A stretch of DNA of 64,000 nucleotides from Thermoanaerobaculia bacterium (GCA_035546295.1 DATKBT010000125.1:333056-397055); one strand, 5' to 3'; counted from the stretch's first letter, positions 9,921 through 22,137 are shown. Notes: generated by a model from the letters alone, not told the origin. Numbers and translations: made by a program.

Positions 9921-11039
9921 ATGTCGGAGGAGATCCAGGGCTTCCGCTTCCGCGCCAGCACCCGCGTGCCGTACGGCGAGAAGGTGCGGCTGCGCTTCGA
10001 TCGCAGCGAAGGCTCGCTGGTGACGGTGTGCTCGGATCTCTCGGTCGAGGGGATGTTCGTCGCCACTCGCGAGGTCAGGCCGTTGGGCACGGTCGTCGAG
10101 TTCGAGATCGAGGGGCGGGAGGACGAGATCGCTCGCGGCCTGGGCGACATCGTCTGGGCCCGCGAGGAGGCGGCCGGACCGGGCCGGTACGCCGGGATGG
10201 GCATCCAGTTTCGGTACGTCGATCCGATCAGCCGCCAGCTCATCGCCGAGATGGTCGCGCGGCGCCGGCGGGAGAAGGAGGCCGAGGAGGCCGAGGACGC
10301 CGAGGAGGAGGGAGGAGCCGCGGGGCACTCGATGGAGGTGACGGTGCCTCCCGGGGTCGAGGTGCCGGTGGATGAGGCGTCTTCGGTTCGCGCGCCGGCC
10401 GCGATTCGGCGAACCGAGGACGTCGTCCTCGCCGGCAGGGGGGGGGAGGCTACCGAGGCTCCAGTGGGACCCGTGGCGCTCGACGGGGAGCAGGTAGATC
10501 GGCGACGCCGCGGCTTCCCCTGGATCTGGGCGATCCTCGCACTGCTGCTGCTGGGTGCGGCGGCCGTCGCCTGGTGGATCTGGTTCTCGGAGCGCCCTTC
10601 GGCGGTCCCTCCCATTGCGCGGTCGACGCCGGAGCCGGTCGCGGGTGATCGCGAGGCCGGCGCAGTCGCGGTCGCGCCGGAGGCGAGCTCTGCGCCGGCC
10701 GGCCCGGTCGAGGTCCGCTCGCTCGCCCTGATCGAAGACGGTGGCGAGACGGCGCTGATCGCCATCGAGCTGACCCGAGTCCCGGAGGGGGACGGCGTGC
10801 GGGTGAGCCGGTTGGAGGATCCGCCGCGGGTGCTGGTGCGGATCCGGGGGGCCGAGCGGGTGCCGCCCGATTCGGAGCTGGCGATCGAGACCGACCTGGT
10901 GCGGGGGTTGCGAGCAGCCGTCCACCTCGAGGGAGGCAGCTCTGAGCTGCACCTGGTGTTCGATCTCGCCGACGAAGGGGCGCGCGCCGCGTCCCGGGTC
11001 GAGGGACAGCGCCTGCTGCTGCGCCTCTCGAATGGTTGA
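9921..11039 (+). CDS. PilZ domain - single TM - AMIN-like periplasmic domain protein
   Basis: N-terminal PilZ motifs RxxxR (RASTR) and DxSxxG (DLSVEG). An acidic linker is followed by one TM helix (WIWAILALLLLGAAAVAWWIWF). The C-terminal part resembles an AMIN domain (PPRVLVRIRGAE...LHLVFDL). Confidence 0.75.
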   Translation: MSEEIQGFRFRASTRVPYGEKVRLRFDRSEGSLVTVCSDLSVEGMFVATREVRPLGTVVEFEIEGREDEIARGLGDIVWAREEAAGPGRYAGMGIQFRYVDPISRQLIAEMVARRRREKEAEEAEDAEEEGGAAGHSMEVTVPPGVEVPVDEASSVRAPAAIRRTEDVVLAGRGGEATEAPVGPVALDGEQVDRRRRGFPWIWAILALLLLGAAAVAWWIWFSERPSAVPPIARSTPEPVAGDREAGAVAVAPEASSAPAGPVEVRSLALIEDGGETALIAIELTRVPEGDGVRVSRLEDPPRVLVRIRGAERVPPDSELAIETDLVRGLRAAVHLEGGSSELHLVFDLADEGARAASRVEGQRLLLRLSNG

Positions 11040-12672
11040 CCGGGCGAAGCGCAGCCGCCCGGTCGCCAGCGCCGCCAGCAGCAGCCGGATCGTCGCCGCC
11101 GGCATCCTGGCGAGCCGGTCCTTGGGGCTGGTGCGCGAGATGCTGCTGGCGGCGCTGGCCGGCACCGGGCTCGCCGCCGACGTAGTTCAGTTCGCGCTGC
11201 GAGGGCCCAACGTCCTTCAGAACCTGCTGGGGGAGCAGGCACTTTCCGCGAGCTTCATTCCGATCTACAGCCGGATGCTCGCCGAGGGGCGCGAGTCCGA
11301 GGCGAGGCGGTTCGCTGGCGCTGTGTTCGGGCTCCTGGGGCTGGTGGTCGCCGCTCTCGCGGTCGGCCTCGCAGTCATCGCTCCGGCCTGGGTCACGGTG
11401 TTCGCACCCGGGTTCCTGGGGCGCCCGGAGGCCTTCGGGCTGGCCGTGACCGCGATCCGGATCCTGCTGCCGATGTCCGCGGTGCTCGTGCTCTCCTCGT
11501 GGTGCCTGGCGGTGCTCAACAGCCACCGGAGGTTCTTCCTGCCTTACTTCGCCCCGGTGCTCTGGAACGTGAGCCTGGTCGCCGCGCTGGGCGCCCTGGC
11601 CTGGCGCGTCGAGGCTCCCGTGGCGCGCACCGTGGTGCTCACCGTGGCGGTCGCAGCGCTGGTTGGCGGCGTGCTTCAGTTCGCCGTGCAGGTGCCTCTG
11701 GCCCTGCGGATGAACGGCGGGCTCGATCCCCGCCCCTCTCTCGGCGCTCCGGGGGTTCGCCCGGCCATTCGCACGTTCCTCCCGGCGCTCCTGGGGAGGG
11801 GCTCGGTGCAGCTCTCGGGGACGCTCGACTACCTGCTCGCATCGCTCCTGGCGGCCGGTGCGATCAGCGCGCTGGGCTTCGCGCAGCGGCTCTACCTGTT
11901 GCCGGTCGCGCTGTTCGGCACCGCTCTCGCGGTGGTCGAGCTGCCCGAGGTCTCGCGCCTCGATCCCGCGAGCGGAGGGGACGAGTCGCTCGAACGACTC
12001 GAGTTCGGAATCGGTCAGGTCGGCTTCCTGACCGTGCCTGCGGCGGTCGGCTTCCTGACCCTCGGCTGGCTGGTGGTCGCTGTCGTCTACCAGCGGGGAG
12101 AGTTCGTGGTCGCTGACACCTGGCTGGTCTACGGTGTTCTCGGCACCTACGCGCTCGGCCTGGTCGCCTCGACGACGTCCCGGCTGGTGCAGAACGTGTT
12201 CTACGCCGGACGCGACACCGCCACCCCGGCCAAGCGGGGCATCCTGCGGGTCCTGGTCCAGGGCTCGGTCGGCGGCGCGCTGATGCTCTGGCTCGACCGC
12301 TACAGCGTGGCGCGCCTTACAGGTGACCCCGGCGACGACGCGCTGCGGCTGGGCGCAGTGGGCTTGGCGGCCGGATCGGCGGTCGCCGCCTGGGTCGAGC
12401 TCGGCTCGCTGGTGGCCGCGCTGCGAGCGCGCGGGGCGGCTCCCGCGGCCGCTCCGAAGCTCCCCTGGCGGCGCCTCGCGCTCTTCGCCGCGGTCGCGAT
12501 CGCCGCTTCGGTGCTCTCGGGGCTGGTCTGGCTCCTCGCGCGCGAGCTGCCGACGATCCTCGTCGCGATCCTGGTGCTGCCGACCTTCATCGCGAGCTAC
12601 CTCGCGATCGCGGGCCTGCTGAAGCTGCCCGAGCTCGTGGCCTTCTGGGGGCGCCTGCGACCCTTCGGCTGA
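11032..12672 (+). CDS. murJ: lipid II flippase MurJ
   Basis: 546 aa polytopic protein. The N-terminal SRSLGLVREMLLAALAG block and overall hydropathy match MurJ/MviN. The ATG overlaps the upstream stop by 8 nt. Confidence 0.88.
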   Translation: MVDRAKRSRPVASAASSSRIVAAGILASRSLGLVREMLLAALAGTGLAADVVQFALRGPNVLQNLLGEQALSASFIPIYSRMLAEGRESEARRFAGAVFGLLGLVVAALAVGLAVIAPAWVTVFAPGFLGRPEAFGLAVTAIRILLPMSAVLVLSSWCLAVLNSHRRFFLPYFAPVLWNVSLVAALGALAWRVEAPVARTVVLTVAVAALVGGVLQFAVQVPLALRMNGGLDPRPSLGAPGVRPAIRTFLPALLGRGSVQLSGTLDYLLASLLAAGAISALGFAQRLYLLPVALFGTALAVVELPEVSRLDPASGGDESLERLEFGIGQVGFLTVPAAVGFLTLGWLVVAVVYQRGEFVVADTWLVYGVLGTYALGLVASTTSRLVQNVFYAGRDTATPAKRGILRVLVQGSVGGALMLWLDRYSVARLTGDPGDDALRLGAVGLAAGSAVAAWVELGSLVAALRARGAAPAAAPKLPWRRLALFAAVAIAASVLSGLVWLLARELPTILVAILVLPTFIASYLAIAGLLKLPELVAFWGRLRPFG

Positions 12673-12782
12673 GCTCGGACCGTGAAACGAAATTGCGGCG
12701 GATGGCGTAGGGTGGAGTCGAGACCGGGGCGGCGGGAATACCGGCGCTCGGGATTCCGTAGAGGAAGACGAAGGAGGTTCGT

Positions 12783-13382
12783 GTGATGGAAGTCCTGCTC
12801 AGCATCTGCTTGGGATTCGGCCTCAGCGCCGCCTGTGGGTTCAGGATCTTCGTCCCCTTCCTGATCATGAGCATCGCTTCGCGGGCTGGCCACCTCGACC
12901 TTGCGGCGAGCTTCGACTGGCTCGCCAGCGACGCGGCGATCGTCACTTTCGCAGTGGCGGCGGTGCTCGAGATCGGCGCCTACTTCGTCCCGTGGGTGGA
13001 CAACCTCCTCGACTCGGCGGCGACTCCGACCGCGGTCGTCGCGGGCGTGCTGGCGTCGGCCGCCACCATCGACGGCACCAGCCCCCTGGTCGGCTGGACG
13101 CTGGCCGTGATCGGCGGCGGCGGTCTCGCCGGGCTCATCCAGGGCGGCACGACCCTGCTGCGCGGCGCCTCGAGCCTGATGACGGCGGGCTTCGGCAATC
13201 CGATCGTCTCGAGTGCGGAAGCCGGAGGCGCTGTGACCCTGGCCTCCCTCGCCATCCTCGTGCCCGTGGTCGCCGCCATGTTCGCGCTGACCGTGGTGCT
13301 CGCGGTGGCGACCCGCACCGCCCGCGCGATGGGGCGGCGTCCGGCGGCGGCGCTCGCCGCTTCCGCCGAGCCGCCGTGCTGA
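12783..13382 (+). CDS. DUF4126-family membrane protein
   Basis: 199 aa, four hydrophobic helices; GGAGG ribosome-binding site 8 nt upstream. Confidence 0.6.
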   Translation: MMEVLLSICLGFGLSAACGFRIFVPFLIMSIASRAGHLDLAASFDWLASDAAIVTFAVAAVLEIGAYFVPWVDNLLDSAATPTAVVAGVLASAATIDGTSPLVGWTLAVIGGGGLAGLIQGGTTLLRGASSLMTAGFGNPIVSSAEAGGAVTLASLAILVPVVAAMFALTVVLAVATRTARAMGRRPAAALAASAEPPC

Positions 13383-13474
13383 CGGTCGACTCCTGAGGAG
13401 GGGGGAGCTCATCCGTGTGCGGCCCTCAGCTCGAGGTGGAGCCGGGAGAGCATCGGCTGCTAGCATGGGGTGAC

Positions 13475-14626
13475 ATGAGCCTGTGCCTGCGCATGATCCG
13501 CCGGCGCTCGGGGCGCCTGGGGTTGGTCATGTCGGGCCTCGCGCTGTTGCTGGCGTCGAGCGCGTGCGGCACCGGGCGGATCGTGCCCAGGAGCCCGGAT
13601 GACCTTCGCTCGGAGTTGCTCCAGCGCGGCGCTCACGAGATCGTCGTGCCGTTCGAACCGGACGGCCGCATGCGGGACTGGCTGAAGAAAACGGTGCCGC
13701 GCGGCGCCAGCCGCTCCTTCCGTCTGCAAGCGCTGGCGGAGAGCCTGCTCTCCGAGCGGGGGCTCGGCATCGACTACTCGCGCGACCTCACCGCGACGGC
13801 ACCGGAGGTGTTCGAGAATCGAGTGGCGAATTGCCTCTCGTTCACCCACCTCTACGCCGGCCTGGCGCGGGAGCTCGACATTCCCGTCTACTTCCTCGAG
13901 GTCCGCGACGTCGAGAACTACTCGAGGGAGGGGGACCTGATCGTCCACTCGGATCACATCGCGATCGGGTACGGGCCCGATCACGACCTGACGATCATCG
14001 ACTTCGCGGTCCAGCAGGGGACCCAGTACCGCAAGATCCGAGCCATTGACGACCTGACCGCGGTGGCGCTGTTCTACTCGAATCGGGGTGCCGAGCACCT
14101 GCGTCACGGCGAGCCGGTGCTGGCGGTGCAGTGGCTCAAGAGCGCCATCTCGATCGACCCCCAGCTCGCCCCGGGCTGGGTGAACTACGGCGTCGCCCTG
14201 CGTCGAACCGGCAGGGTCGCCGAGGCCGAGCAGGCCTACCGGCGCGCTCTCGAGATCGACCCCGCGGAGTTCTCGGCCTACCAGAACCTCGCGGCGCTGC
14301 TGCGCATAGAGGGGCAGGAGACCGAGGCGCTCGAGCTGCTGGCGATCGCGGCCGACGCCGGCAACAGGAACCCTTTCGCCTATCTCGCACTCGGCGACTT
14401 CAACATGCGGCACGGGCGCGCCGACCAGGCAGCGCGCTTCTACCGGCGGGCGGTGCGGCTCACCGACGAGCAGGCCGAGCCGCTCGCGGCGTTGGGCCTG
14501 TGGGAGCTCGACAACGGCGACTCGCGGGAGGCGCGAAGGCTGCTCAAGCGCGCGCTGCGGCTCGACCCGGAGGAACCGCGGGTTCGACAGCTCTCGGCCC
14601 GACTGGGGCCCCCTCCGGGCGTCTGA
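13475..14626 (+). CDS. lipoprotein with a transglutaminase-like (Cys-His-Asp) domain and C-terminal TPR repeats
   Basis: Lipobox LLASSAC. NCLSFTHLYAGLARELDIPVYFLEV...HSDHIAIGY gives the transglutaminase-like core. At least three TPR-like repeats follow (AEAEQAYRRALEIDPAEF...). Confidence 0.7.
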   Translation: MSLCLRMIRRRSGRLGLVMSGLALLLASSACGTGRIVPRSPDDLRSELLQRGAHEIVVPFEPDGRMRDWLKKTVPRGASRSFRLQALAESLLSERGLGIDYSRDLTATAPEVFENRVANCLSFTHLYAGLARELDIPVYFLEVRDVENYSREGDLIVHSDHIAIGYGPDHDLTIIDFAVQQGTQYRKIRAIDDLTAVALFYSNRGAEHLRHGEPVLAVQWLKSAISIDPQLAPGWVNYGVALRRTGRVAEAEQAYRRALEIDPAEFSAYQNLAALLRIEGQETEALELLAIAADAGNRNPFAYLALGDFNMRHGRADQAARFYRRAVRLTDEQAEPLAALGLWELDNGDSREARRLLKRALRLDPEEPRVRQLSARLGPPPGV

Positions 14627-14629
14627 TCG

Positions 14630-16888
14630 TTGCCGCTCGAACCGCCTCCGAAGGCGCCAGATCCGAACGCAGCGATCCCGCCCTGGCGGATCTGGGTCGA
14701 CACCGGCGGGACCTTCACGGACTGCATCGGGGTCGCTCCCGACGGCGAGCGGCGCCGGCTCAAGGTCCTCAGCTCGAGTGCGCTGCGCTCGCGCGTGACC
14801 GAACGATGGCGCGAGGGAGCAGCGGAGTGGGTCCGTCTCGAGCGCAGTGGGGGCCGAATCGACGACCTGCTGGCCGGCGGCCGTCTCCGCCGGCTCGGGG
14901 CTGCGGCTGAGACTCCCGGTGCCCTGATCGTCGCGTCGCGCGTCGGCGGAGCCCTCGAGCTCGACCCCGCGGCGCAGGAGCTGCCCGACGCGGGCGCCAC
15001 GGTCGAGATCACGTGGCCGGAGCCGGCGCCGATCCTGGGCGTACGCTGGCTCACCGGGACTCCGATGGGTGCGGAGCTACCGGCGATCGAGCTCCGGCTC
15101 GCCACCACCCGCGGCACCAACGCTCTGCTGGAACGCCGCGGGGTCGAGTGCGCCCTGTTCATCACCCGCGGCTTCGCCGACCTGCTCCTGATCGGCAATC
15201 AGGCCCGTCCTGACATCTTCGCGCTCGACGTGGTGAAGCCGGAGCCCCTGCAGGCGGCGACCGTCGAGGTCGACGAACGGCTCGCCGCGGACGGTGCGGT
15301 GGTGCGCCAGCTCGAGCTGACCGGCCTGCGCGAGGAGGCGGCGCGCCTGGTCGAGGCCGGCGTGCGCAGCGCCGCGGTCGCGCTCCTGCACAGTTATCTC
15401 GATCCGGAGCACGAGCGGCAGGTGGGCGAGGCGCTGGAGCAGCAGGGCTTCGTCCATGTCAGCCTCTCTTCGTCGCTGGCGCCCCTGATCAAGATCGTCC
15501 CCCGGGCGCAGACGGCGGTGGTCGATGCCTATCTCGGGCCGATCATCGACGAGTACCTGGGGCGCATCGCCGCGGCGGTGGGCGGGGCGGGACGGACCTA
15601 CGTGATGACTTCCGCCGGTGGACTGTCGTCGGCCCAGGACTATCGAGCCAAGGACAGCCTGCTGTCGGGGCCGGCGGGAGGGGTGGTCGGCGCCGCGGCG
15701 GCGGGCCGGGCGGCGGGCTTCGAGACCCTGCTGACCTTCGACATGGGGGGCACCAGCACCGACGTCGCACGCTTCGACGGCGACTACGCCTACCGCTTCG
15801 AGCATCGAGTCGGCGACGCCGAGATCGTCGCGCCGACGCTCTATGTCGAAACGGTGGCAGCGGGCGGCGGGTCGATCTGCGAGCTGACCGAGGGGCGCCT
15901 GACCGTGGGGCCGCACAGCGCGGGCGCCGACCCGGGCCCCGCCTGCTACGGCGCCGCAGGACCGCTGTGCGTCACCGACGTCAACCTGCTGCTGGGGCGC
16001 ATCGAGCCGGCGCGGTTCGAGATCCCGATCGACGCGACGGCGGCTTCGCACGCCGCGGATCGCGTCCTCGCCGGGCTCTCCGGCGCCCGCGACGAGCTGC
16101 TCTCCGGCTTCCTGCTGATCGCCAACGAGCGCATGGCCGACGCCATTCGCCGGGTTTCGATCCAGGAGGGCTTCGATCCGGCGCGGTGCGCGCTGGTGGC
16201 CTTCGGCGGCGCCGGGCCGCAGCACGCCTGCGCGATCGCCGAGCTGCTCGGCACGCCGACCGTGCTCGTGCCGCGCGACGCGAGCCTGCTCAGCGCGCTC
16301 GGCCTGGGGGCCGCGCGCATCGAGCGCTTCGCGCATCGCCAGGTGCTCGAGCCGCTACGCGAGGCGGTCGCCTCCGGCACGCTCTCGGCGATCGTCGACG
16401 AGCTCGCCGCCGAGGCGGCCAGGGCCCTCGCCGGCGAAGGGGGGCGCGGCGACGTCGGCGCGCGGCGCTCGATCGCGCGCTGCCGCTACTCGGGCCAGGA
16501 GTCGACACTCGATCTCGACGTCGACGATCCTGCAACGCTCGCGAGCGAGTTCGAGAGCCAGTACCAGCGGGTGTTCGGCGATCGGCCGGCGGGGCGCGAG
16601 GTCGAGCTCGAGTCGCTGCGCGTCGTGGTGGCGCACAGCGAGCCGGAGGCGGCGGCTTCGGTCGCCGCAATCGACGGGACGTCGCCCGCCAGCGCCGCCG
16701 CGGGGGAGCGCGAGATCTGGTTCGACGGAAAGCGGCTGGTGACGCCGGTGGTGCCGCGGGAGGCGATCGGCGAGGAGCCCGTCGCGGGCCCGGCCCTGGT
16801 CACCGAGCGCCACAGCGTGACCGTGGTGGAGCCGGGCTGGAGCGTGGCCGCGCACGCTCCCTCCGGCTGCCTGGTCGTCAGCCGCTGA
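14630..16888 (+). CDS. hyuA: hydantoinase/oxoprolinase family protein, A subunit
   Basis: TTG start 4 nt after the upstream stop. WRIWVDTGGTFTDC N-terminal signature; 752 aa. Confidence 0.85.
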   Translation: MPLEPPPKAPDPNAAIPPWRIWVDTGGTFTDCIGVAPDGERRRLKVLSSSALRSRVTERWREGAAEWVRLERSGGRIDDLLAGGRLRRLGAAAETPGALIVASRVGGALELDPAAQELPDAGATVEITWPEPAPILGVRWLTGTPMGAELPAIELRLATTRGTNALLERRGVECALFITRGFADLLLIGNQARPDIFALDVVKPEPLQAATVEVDERLAADGAVVRQLELTGLREEAARLVEAGVRSAAVALLHSYLDPEHERQVGEALEQQGFVHVSLSSSLAPLIKIVPRAQTAVVDAYLGPIIDEYLGRIAAAVGGAGRTYVMTSAGGLSSAQDYRAKDSLLSGPAGGVVGAAAAGRAAGFETLLTFDMGGTSTDVARFDGDYAYRFEHRVGDAEIVAPTLYVETVAAGGGSICELTEGRLTVGPHSAGADPGPACYGAAGPLCVTDVNLLLGRIEPARFEIPIDATAASHAADRVLAGLSGARDELLSGFLLIANERMADAIRRVSIQEGFDPARCALVAFGGAGPQHACAIAELLGTPTVLVPRDASLLSALGLGAARIERFAHRQVLEPLREAVASGTLSAIVDELAAEAARALAGEGGRGDVGARRSIARCRYSGQESTLDLDVDDPATLASEFESQYQRVFGDRPAGREVELESLRVVVAHSEPEAAASVAAIDGTSPASAAAGEREIWFDGKRLVTPVVPREAIGEEPVAGPALVTERHSVTVVEPGWSVAAHAPSGCLVVSR

Positions 16889-16907
16889 CGTCTCAGCCGC
16901 CGACGCG

Positions 16908-18536
16908 TCATCCGCCGAGGGTGTCGACCTCGAGCTCCTCGGCGGCGTAGCGGGCGCGCAGGACCTTCTTGTCGAACTTCCCGACGCTGGTCTTCGGCAC
17001 CTCGTCGATGAAGGTCCAGCGCTCGGGCAGCCACCACTTGGCGACCCGGTCGCCCAGGTAGTCCCGCAGGTCGGGGGCGCCGACCTTGGATCCCTCCTTG
17101 CGCACGACGCAGGCGAGGGGGCGCTCGTCCCAGCGCTCGTCGGGCACGCCGACCACGGCGGCCTCGACCACATCGGGGTGTCCCATCAGCTCGTTCTCGA
17201 GGTCGACGGACGAGATCCACTCGCCGCCGGACTTGATCACGTCCTTGGCGCGGTCGGTGATCTGGACGAATCCGTTGCTCTCGATCGAGCCGACGTCGCC
17301 CGTGCGCAGCCAGCCGTCGTGGAACTTCTGCGGATCGTCGTCGAGGTAGTACGATCCGGTGACCCAGGGGCCGCGGGCCTCGATCTCGCCGACCGCCTCG
17401 CCGTCCCACGGCAGCTCCTCGCCGGCGTCGTCGACGATGCGCAGCTCGATGCCGGGGATCACCCGTCCGGTCTTGGCCTTCCAGTCCATCTCCTGCTCGG
17501 GGGGCGTGCCCCTGGGCGGGATCGCGGCCGCACCCAGCGGGCTGGTCTCGGTCATCCCCCAACCCTGGATGATCTCGACGCCGTAGCGGTCGTGGAAGGC
17601 CTCCATCAGAGCGCGGGGCACCGCCGAGCCGCCGCACAGCACGCGGCGGAACGAGCTGAAGTCGACGCCCCTGCCCTCGGCGTAGCGGAGCACGTCGTTC
17701 CAGATCGTCGGCACTGCTCCGCTGACGGTCGGCCGCTCCTCGGCGATGATCCGACACAGCGGCTCGGCCTGGAGGAAGCGGTCGGGCAGGATGAAGTCGG
17801 CTCCGACCATCCAGCAGGCGTGGGGGAGCCCCCAGGCGTTGGCGTGGAACATCGGCACGATCGCCAGGATGCGGTCGTGCTCGTTGAGCGCCAGCACCGC
17901 GCCCGAGACCACGCCGAAGGCGTGCAGCACCGAGGAGCGATGGCTGTAGACGACCCCCTTCGGGTTGCCGGTGGTGCCGCTGGTGTAGCACATCGCGCAG
18001 GCCGACCGCTCGTCGATCTCGGGAAACGACTCCTCGGTGGAGCGGCCCGCGATCAGCTCCTCGTAGCGATGGAGCTGGGCGGGATGGCCCTCGAGCGCCG
18101 AGGCGTCGCCGTCGCCGACGACCACGAAGTGCTCGACCCCCTCGAGCTCGTCGAGGACCCGCGCGAGGAGCGGGATCAGCGTGTCGTCGACCAGGATGAC
18201 GCGGTCCCCGGCGTGGTTGACGACGTAGGCGAGCTGCTCGGGGAAGAGACGGATGTTGAGCGTGTGCAGCACCGCCCCCATGCAGGGGACGGCGAGGTAG
18301 GCCTCGAGGTGCTCCTGGTTGTTCCAGGAGAAGGTCCCAACGCGCTCACCGGGCTCGACCCCGAGCTCCCGGAGCCCGTGGACCAGTTGGCAGGCGCGGT
18401 CGGCGACCTCCCGGAAGGAGGCGCGGCGGGCGCCGTCCTGTTCCACGGTGACGACCTGCGAGTCGCCATGGATCCTGCGGCCGTGGCGAAAGATCATGGG
18501 CAGGGTCAGCGGATAGTCCTGCATCGTGCTGAGCAT
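16908..18536 (-). CDS. long-chain fatty-acid--CoA ligase (AMP-forming)
   Basis: [15 protein letters not shown]-binding motif, GWGMTETS, and [14 protein letters not shown]. It is close to T. thermophilus LC-FACS along the whole length. Confidence 0.9.
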   Translation of the reverse strand: MLSTMQDYPLTLPMIFRHGRRIHGDSQVVTVEQDGARRASFREVADRACQLVHGLRELGVEPGERVGTFSWNNQEHLEAYLAVPCMGAVLHTLNIRLFPEQLAYVVNHAGDRVILVDDTLIPLLARVLDELEGVEHFVVVGDGDASALEGHPAQLHRYEELIAGRSTEESFPEIDERSACAMCYTSGTTGNPKGVVYSHRSSVLHAFGVVSGAVLALNEHDRILAIVPMFHANAWGLPHACWMVGADFILPDRFLQAEPLCRIIAEERPTVSGAVPTIWNDVLRYAEGRGVDFSSFRRVLCGGSAVPRALMEAFHDRYGVEIIQGWGMTETSPLGAAAIPPRGTPPEQEMDWKAKTGRVIPGIELRIVDDAGEELPWDGEAVGEIEARGPWVTGSYYLDDDPQKFHDGWLRTGDVGSIESNGFVQITDRAKDVIKSGGEWISSVDLENELMGHPDVVEAAVVGVPDERWDERPLACVVRKEGSKVGAPDLRDYLGDRVAKWWLPERWTFIDEVPKTSVGKFDKKVLRARYAAEELEVDTLGG

Positions 18537-18652
18537 CGCTTCGTCTCCTGTCGCGGGTCGCGTGCGAATCTCGCGGATCGGGCGAACGGCCGCCGATTCT
18601 AACTCGGCGGGTCGCAGAGCGCGGAGCTCCGGTCGAGGGCTACACTACCGCC

Positions 18653-20239
18653 GTGGAGGAATGGGAACGGGTGTCGCAGGACCGCCTCGAAGGCGCCGCT
18701 TCCGACCCGATCGAGGCCGAGCTGTTCGGCAACCGGCTCTCGTCGATGGCGCGCGAGATGGGCGAGATGCTGCGCCGGATGGCGCTCTCGACCAACGTCA
18801 AGGAGCGTCTCGACTTCTCGTGCGGGATCCTCGACGCCGACGGCCGGCTGGTGGTCAACGCGCCGCACATCCCCGTGCACCTGGGCGCGCTCGGCGAGTG
18901 CGTGCGCTCGGTGGAAGCGCACCTCGGCCTCGAGGAGGGGGACGTCGCCGTCACCAACCATCCGGGCTGGGGGGGCTCGCACCTCCCGGACGTCACCGTG
19001 ATCTCGCCCGTCTTCGCCGAGGGTCGTCGCCTCGGCTATACGGCCAGTCGGGCCCATCACGCCGAGTTGGGGGGGATCCGGCCCGGCTCGATGCCGCCCG
19101 ATGCCGGCTGCCTCGCCGAGGAGGGAGTGGTGATCGCCCCGATGCGTCTGTTCCGGCGCGGCGCGGCCCGCTGGGAGGAGCTCGAGTCGATCCTGAGCGG
19201 CGGCCCGCACCCCTCGCGCTCGGTCGCCGACAACCTGGCGGACCTGCGCGCACAGCTCGCTGCCAACCGCCGGGGGGCGGCACAGCTCGCCTCGCTGGTG
19301 CAACGAAACGGCGCCGACGTCGTGCTGCGGTCGATGGCCGAGCTGCGCTCTCGCTCGGCGCGCGTGTTGAGCGCGGCGCTGGTGAGCTTCGGGGATCGGC
19401 GCGTCCAGGCCGTCGAGCGGCTCGACGACGGCTCGCCGCTCGCGGTCGCGATCGAGGTCGCCGGCGGCCGGGCGCGGATCGACTTCACCGGCAGCGCGCC
19501 CGTGCACCCCGGCAACCTCAACGCGACGCCCGCGATCGCGCGCAGCGCGGTCCTCTATGTCCTGCGACTGCTCGTCGATCGGCCCCTGCCGCTCAACGAG
19601 GGGCTGCTCGACCCGGTCGAGATCCACGTGCCGCTGGGAATCCTCGATCCCCCGTTCCCCGAGGATGCGCGCGAGGCCCCCGCGGTCGTCGGGGGCAACG
19701 TCGAGACCAGCCAGCGGATCGTCGACACCCTGATCAAGGCGCTCGGGCTCGCCGCATGCGGGCAGGGGACGATGAACAACACGATCTTCGGAGATGAGAC
19801 CTTCGGCTACTACGAGACGGTGTGCGGCGGCGCCGGCGCCACCGCGCGGCGGGACGGCGCGAGCGCCGTACACACGCACATGACCAACACTCGGATCACC
19901 GACCCCGAGATCCTCGAGCAGCGCTACCCGGTGACCCTGGAGCGCTTCGCGATCCGGCGCGGCTCGGGGGGCGCGGGACGGCGGCGCGGCGGCGACGGTG
20001 CGATCCGCGAGATCCGCTTCCACCGGCCGCTGAACCTGTCGCTGCTCACCCAGCACCGGATCGAGGCGCCCTTCGGCGTCGAGGGGGGGGAGCCGGGGGC
20101 GCGTGGCCTCCAGACGCTGATCCGCGCCAGCGGCGAGCGGGTCGAGCTGCCCTCGATCGCGGGCGTCGAGGTCTCGGCCGGGGATCGGCTGTTGATCGAG
20201 ACGCCCGGCGGCGGCGGCTGGGGACGCTCCGAGGGATGA
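18653..20239 (+). CDS. hyuB: hydantoinase B/oxoprolinase family protein
   Basis: 528 aa. DPIEAELFGNRLSSMAREMGEMLRRMALSTNVKERLDFSCGI is the HyuB N-terminal signature. Confidence 0.85.
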   Translation: MEEWERVSQDRLEGAASDPIEAELFGNRLSSMAREMGEMLRRMALSTNVKERLDFSCGILDADGRLVVNAPHIPVHLGALGECVRSVEAHLGLEEGDVAVTNHPGWGGSHLPDVTVISPVFAEGRRLGYTASRAHHAELGGIRPGSMPPDAGCLAEEGVVIAPMRLFRRGAARWEELESILSGGPHPSRSVADNLADLRAQLAANRRGAAQLASLVQRNGADVVLRSMAELRSRSARVLSAALVSFGDRRVQAVERLDDGSPLAVAIEVAGGRARIDFTGSAPVHPGNLNATPAIARSAVLYVLRLLVDRPLPLNEGLLDPVEIHVPLGILDPPFPEDAREAPAVVGGNVETSQRIVDTLIKALGLAACGQGTMNNTIFGDETFGYYETVCGGAGATARRDGASAVHTHMTNTRITDPEILEQRYPVTLERFAIRRGSGGAGRRRGGDGAIREIRFHRPLNLSLLTQHRIEAPFGVEGGEPGARGLQTLIRASGERVELPSIAGVEVSAGDRLLIETPGGGGWGRSEG

Positions 20240-20254
20240 TGCTAGCCTCCGCCG

Positions 20255-20811
20255 ATGTCGTCGACCAGGAGGGTGATTCGGGCTCTCGACGCCCTGAGTG
20301 AGCGCACGGGCAACTTCGTCCGCTGGCTCACGCTCCTGATGGTGCTGTTCGGCGCGTTCAACGCCGTCGCGCGCTATGGCGGGCGCTTCATCGGCTTCAA
20401 CCTGAGCTCGAACGCCTGGCTCGAGCTCCAGTGGTACCTGTTCAGCATGGTCTTCCTGCTCGCCGCCGCGAACACGCTGAGAGAGGACGCCCACGTCCGC
20501 GTCGACGTGCTCTACGGTCGCCTCTCCGGTCGGGCGCGCGCCTGGATCGACCTGCTCGGGGCCGCGCTCTTCCTGCTGCCCTTCTCGATCTTCGCGCTGG
20601 TGGTCTCCTGGCCGACGGTCCGCAACTCCTGGCGGATCCTCGAGGGCTCTTCGGACCCCGGCGGGCTGCCGCGCTACCCGATCAAGACCATGATCCTGAT
20701 CGGATTCGCCCTGCTGCTCCTGCAGGGGGTGGCGGAGCTGCTGCGCAACGTGGCGATCCTGCGCGGACGGGAGAGCCCGCACGCGGTCTCCAGCCACGAG
20801 GAGAGCGGGGT

Positions 20812-20815
<4 letters not shown>
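20255..20815 (+). CDS. TRAP transporter small permease (DctQ family)
   Basis: 186 aa with 4 TM helices; its stop overlaps the large permease start (GTGA). Confidence 0.85.

Positions 20816-22137
<1,322 letters not shown>

Noticed and set aside
8556-11039. 827-aa ORF
   Set aside because: Only its last 372 codons (the PilZ-TM-AMIN protein) are supported. The 5' part is an alternative frame across the DAHP synthase gene.
18526-20797. Alternative-frame ORFs 18526..19797(+) and 18599..20797(-)
   Set aside because: They overlap hyuB in other frames or on the other strand, and hyuB has a clear family signature.
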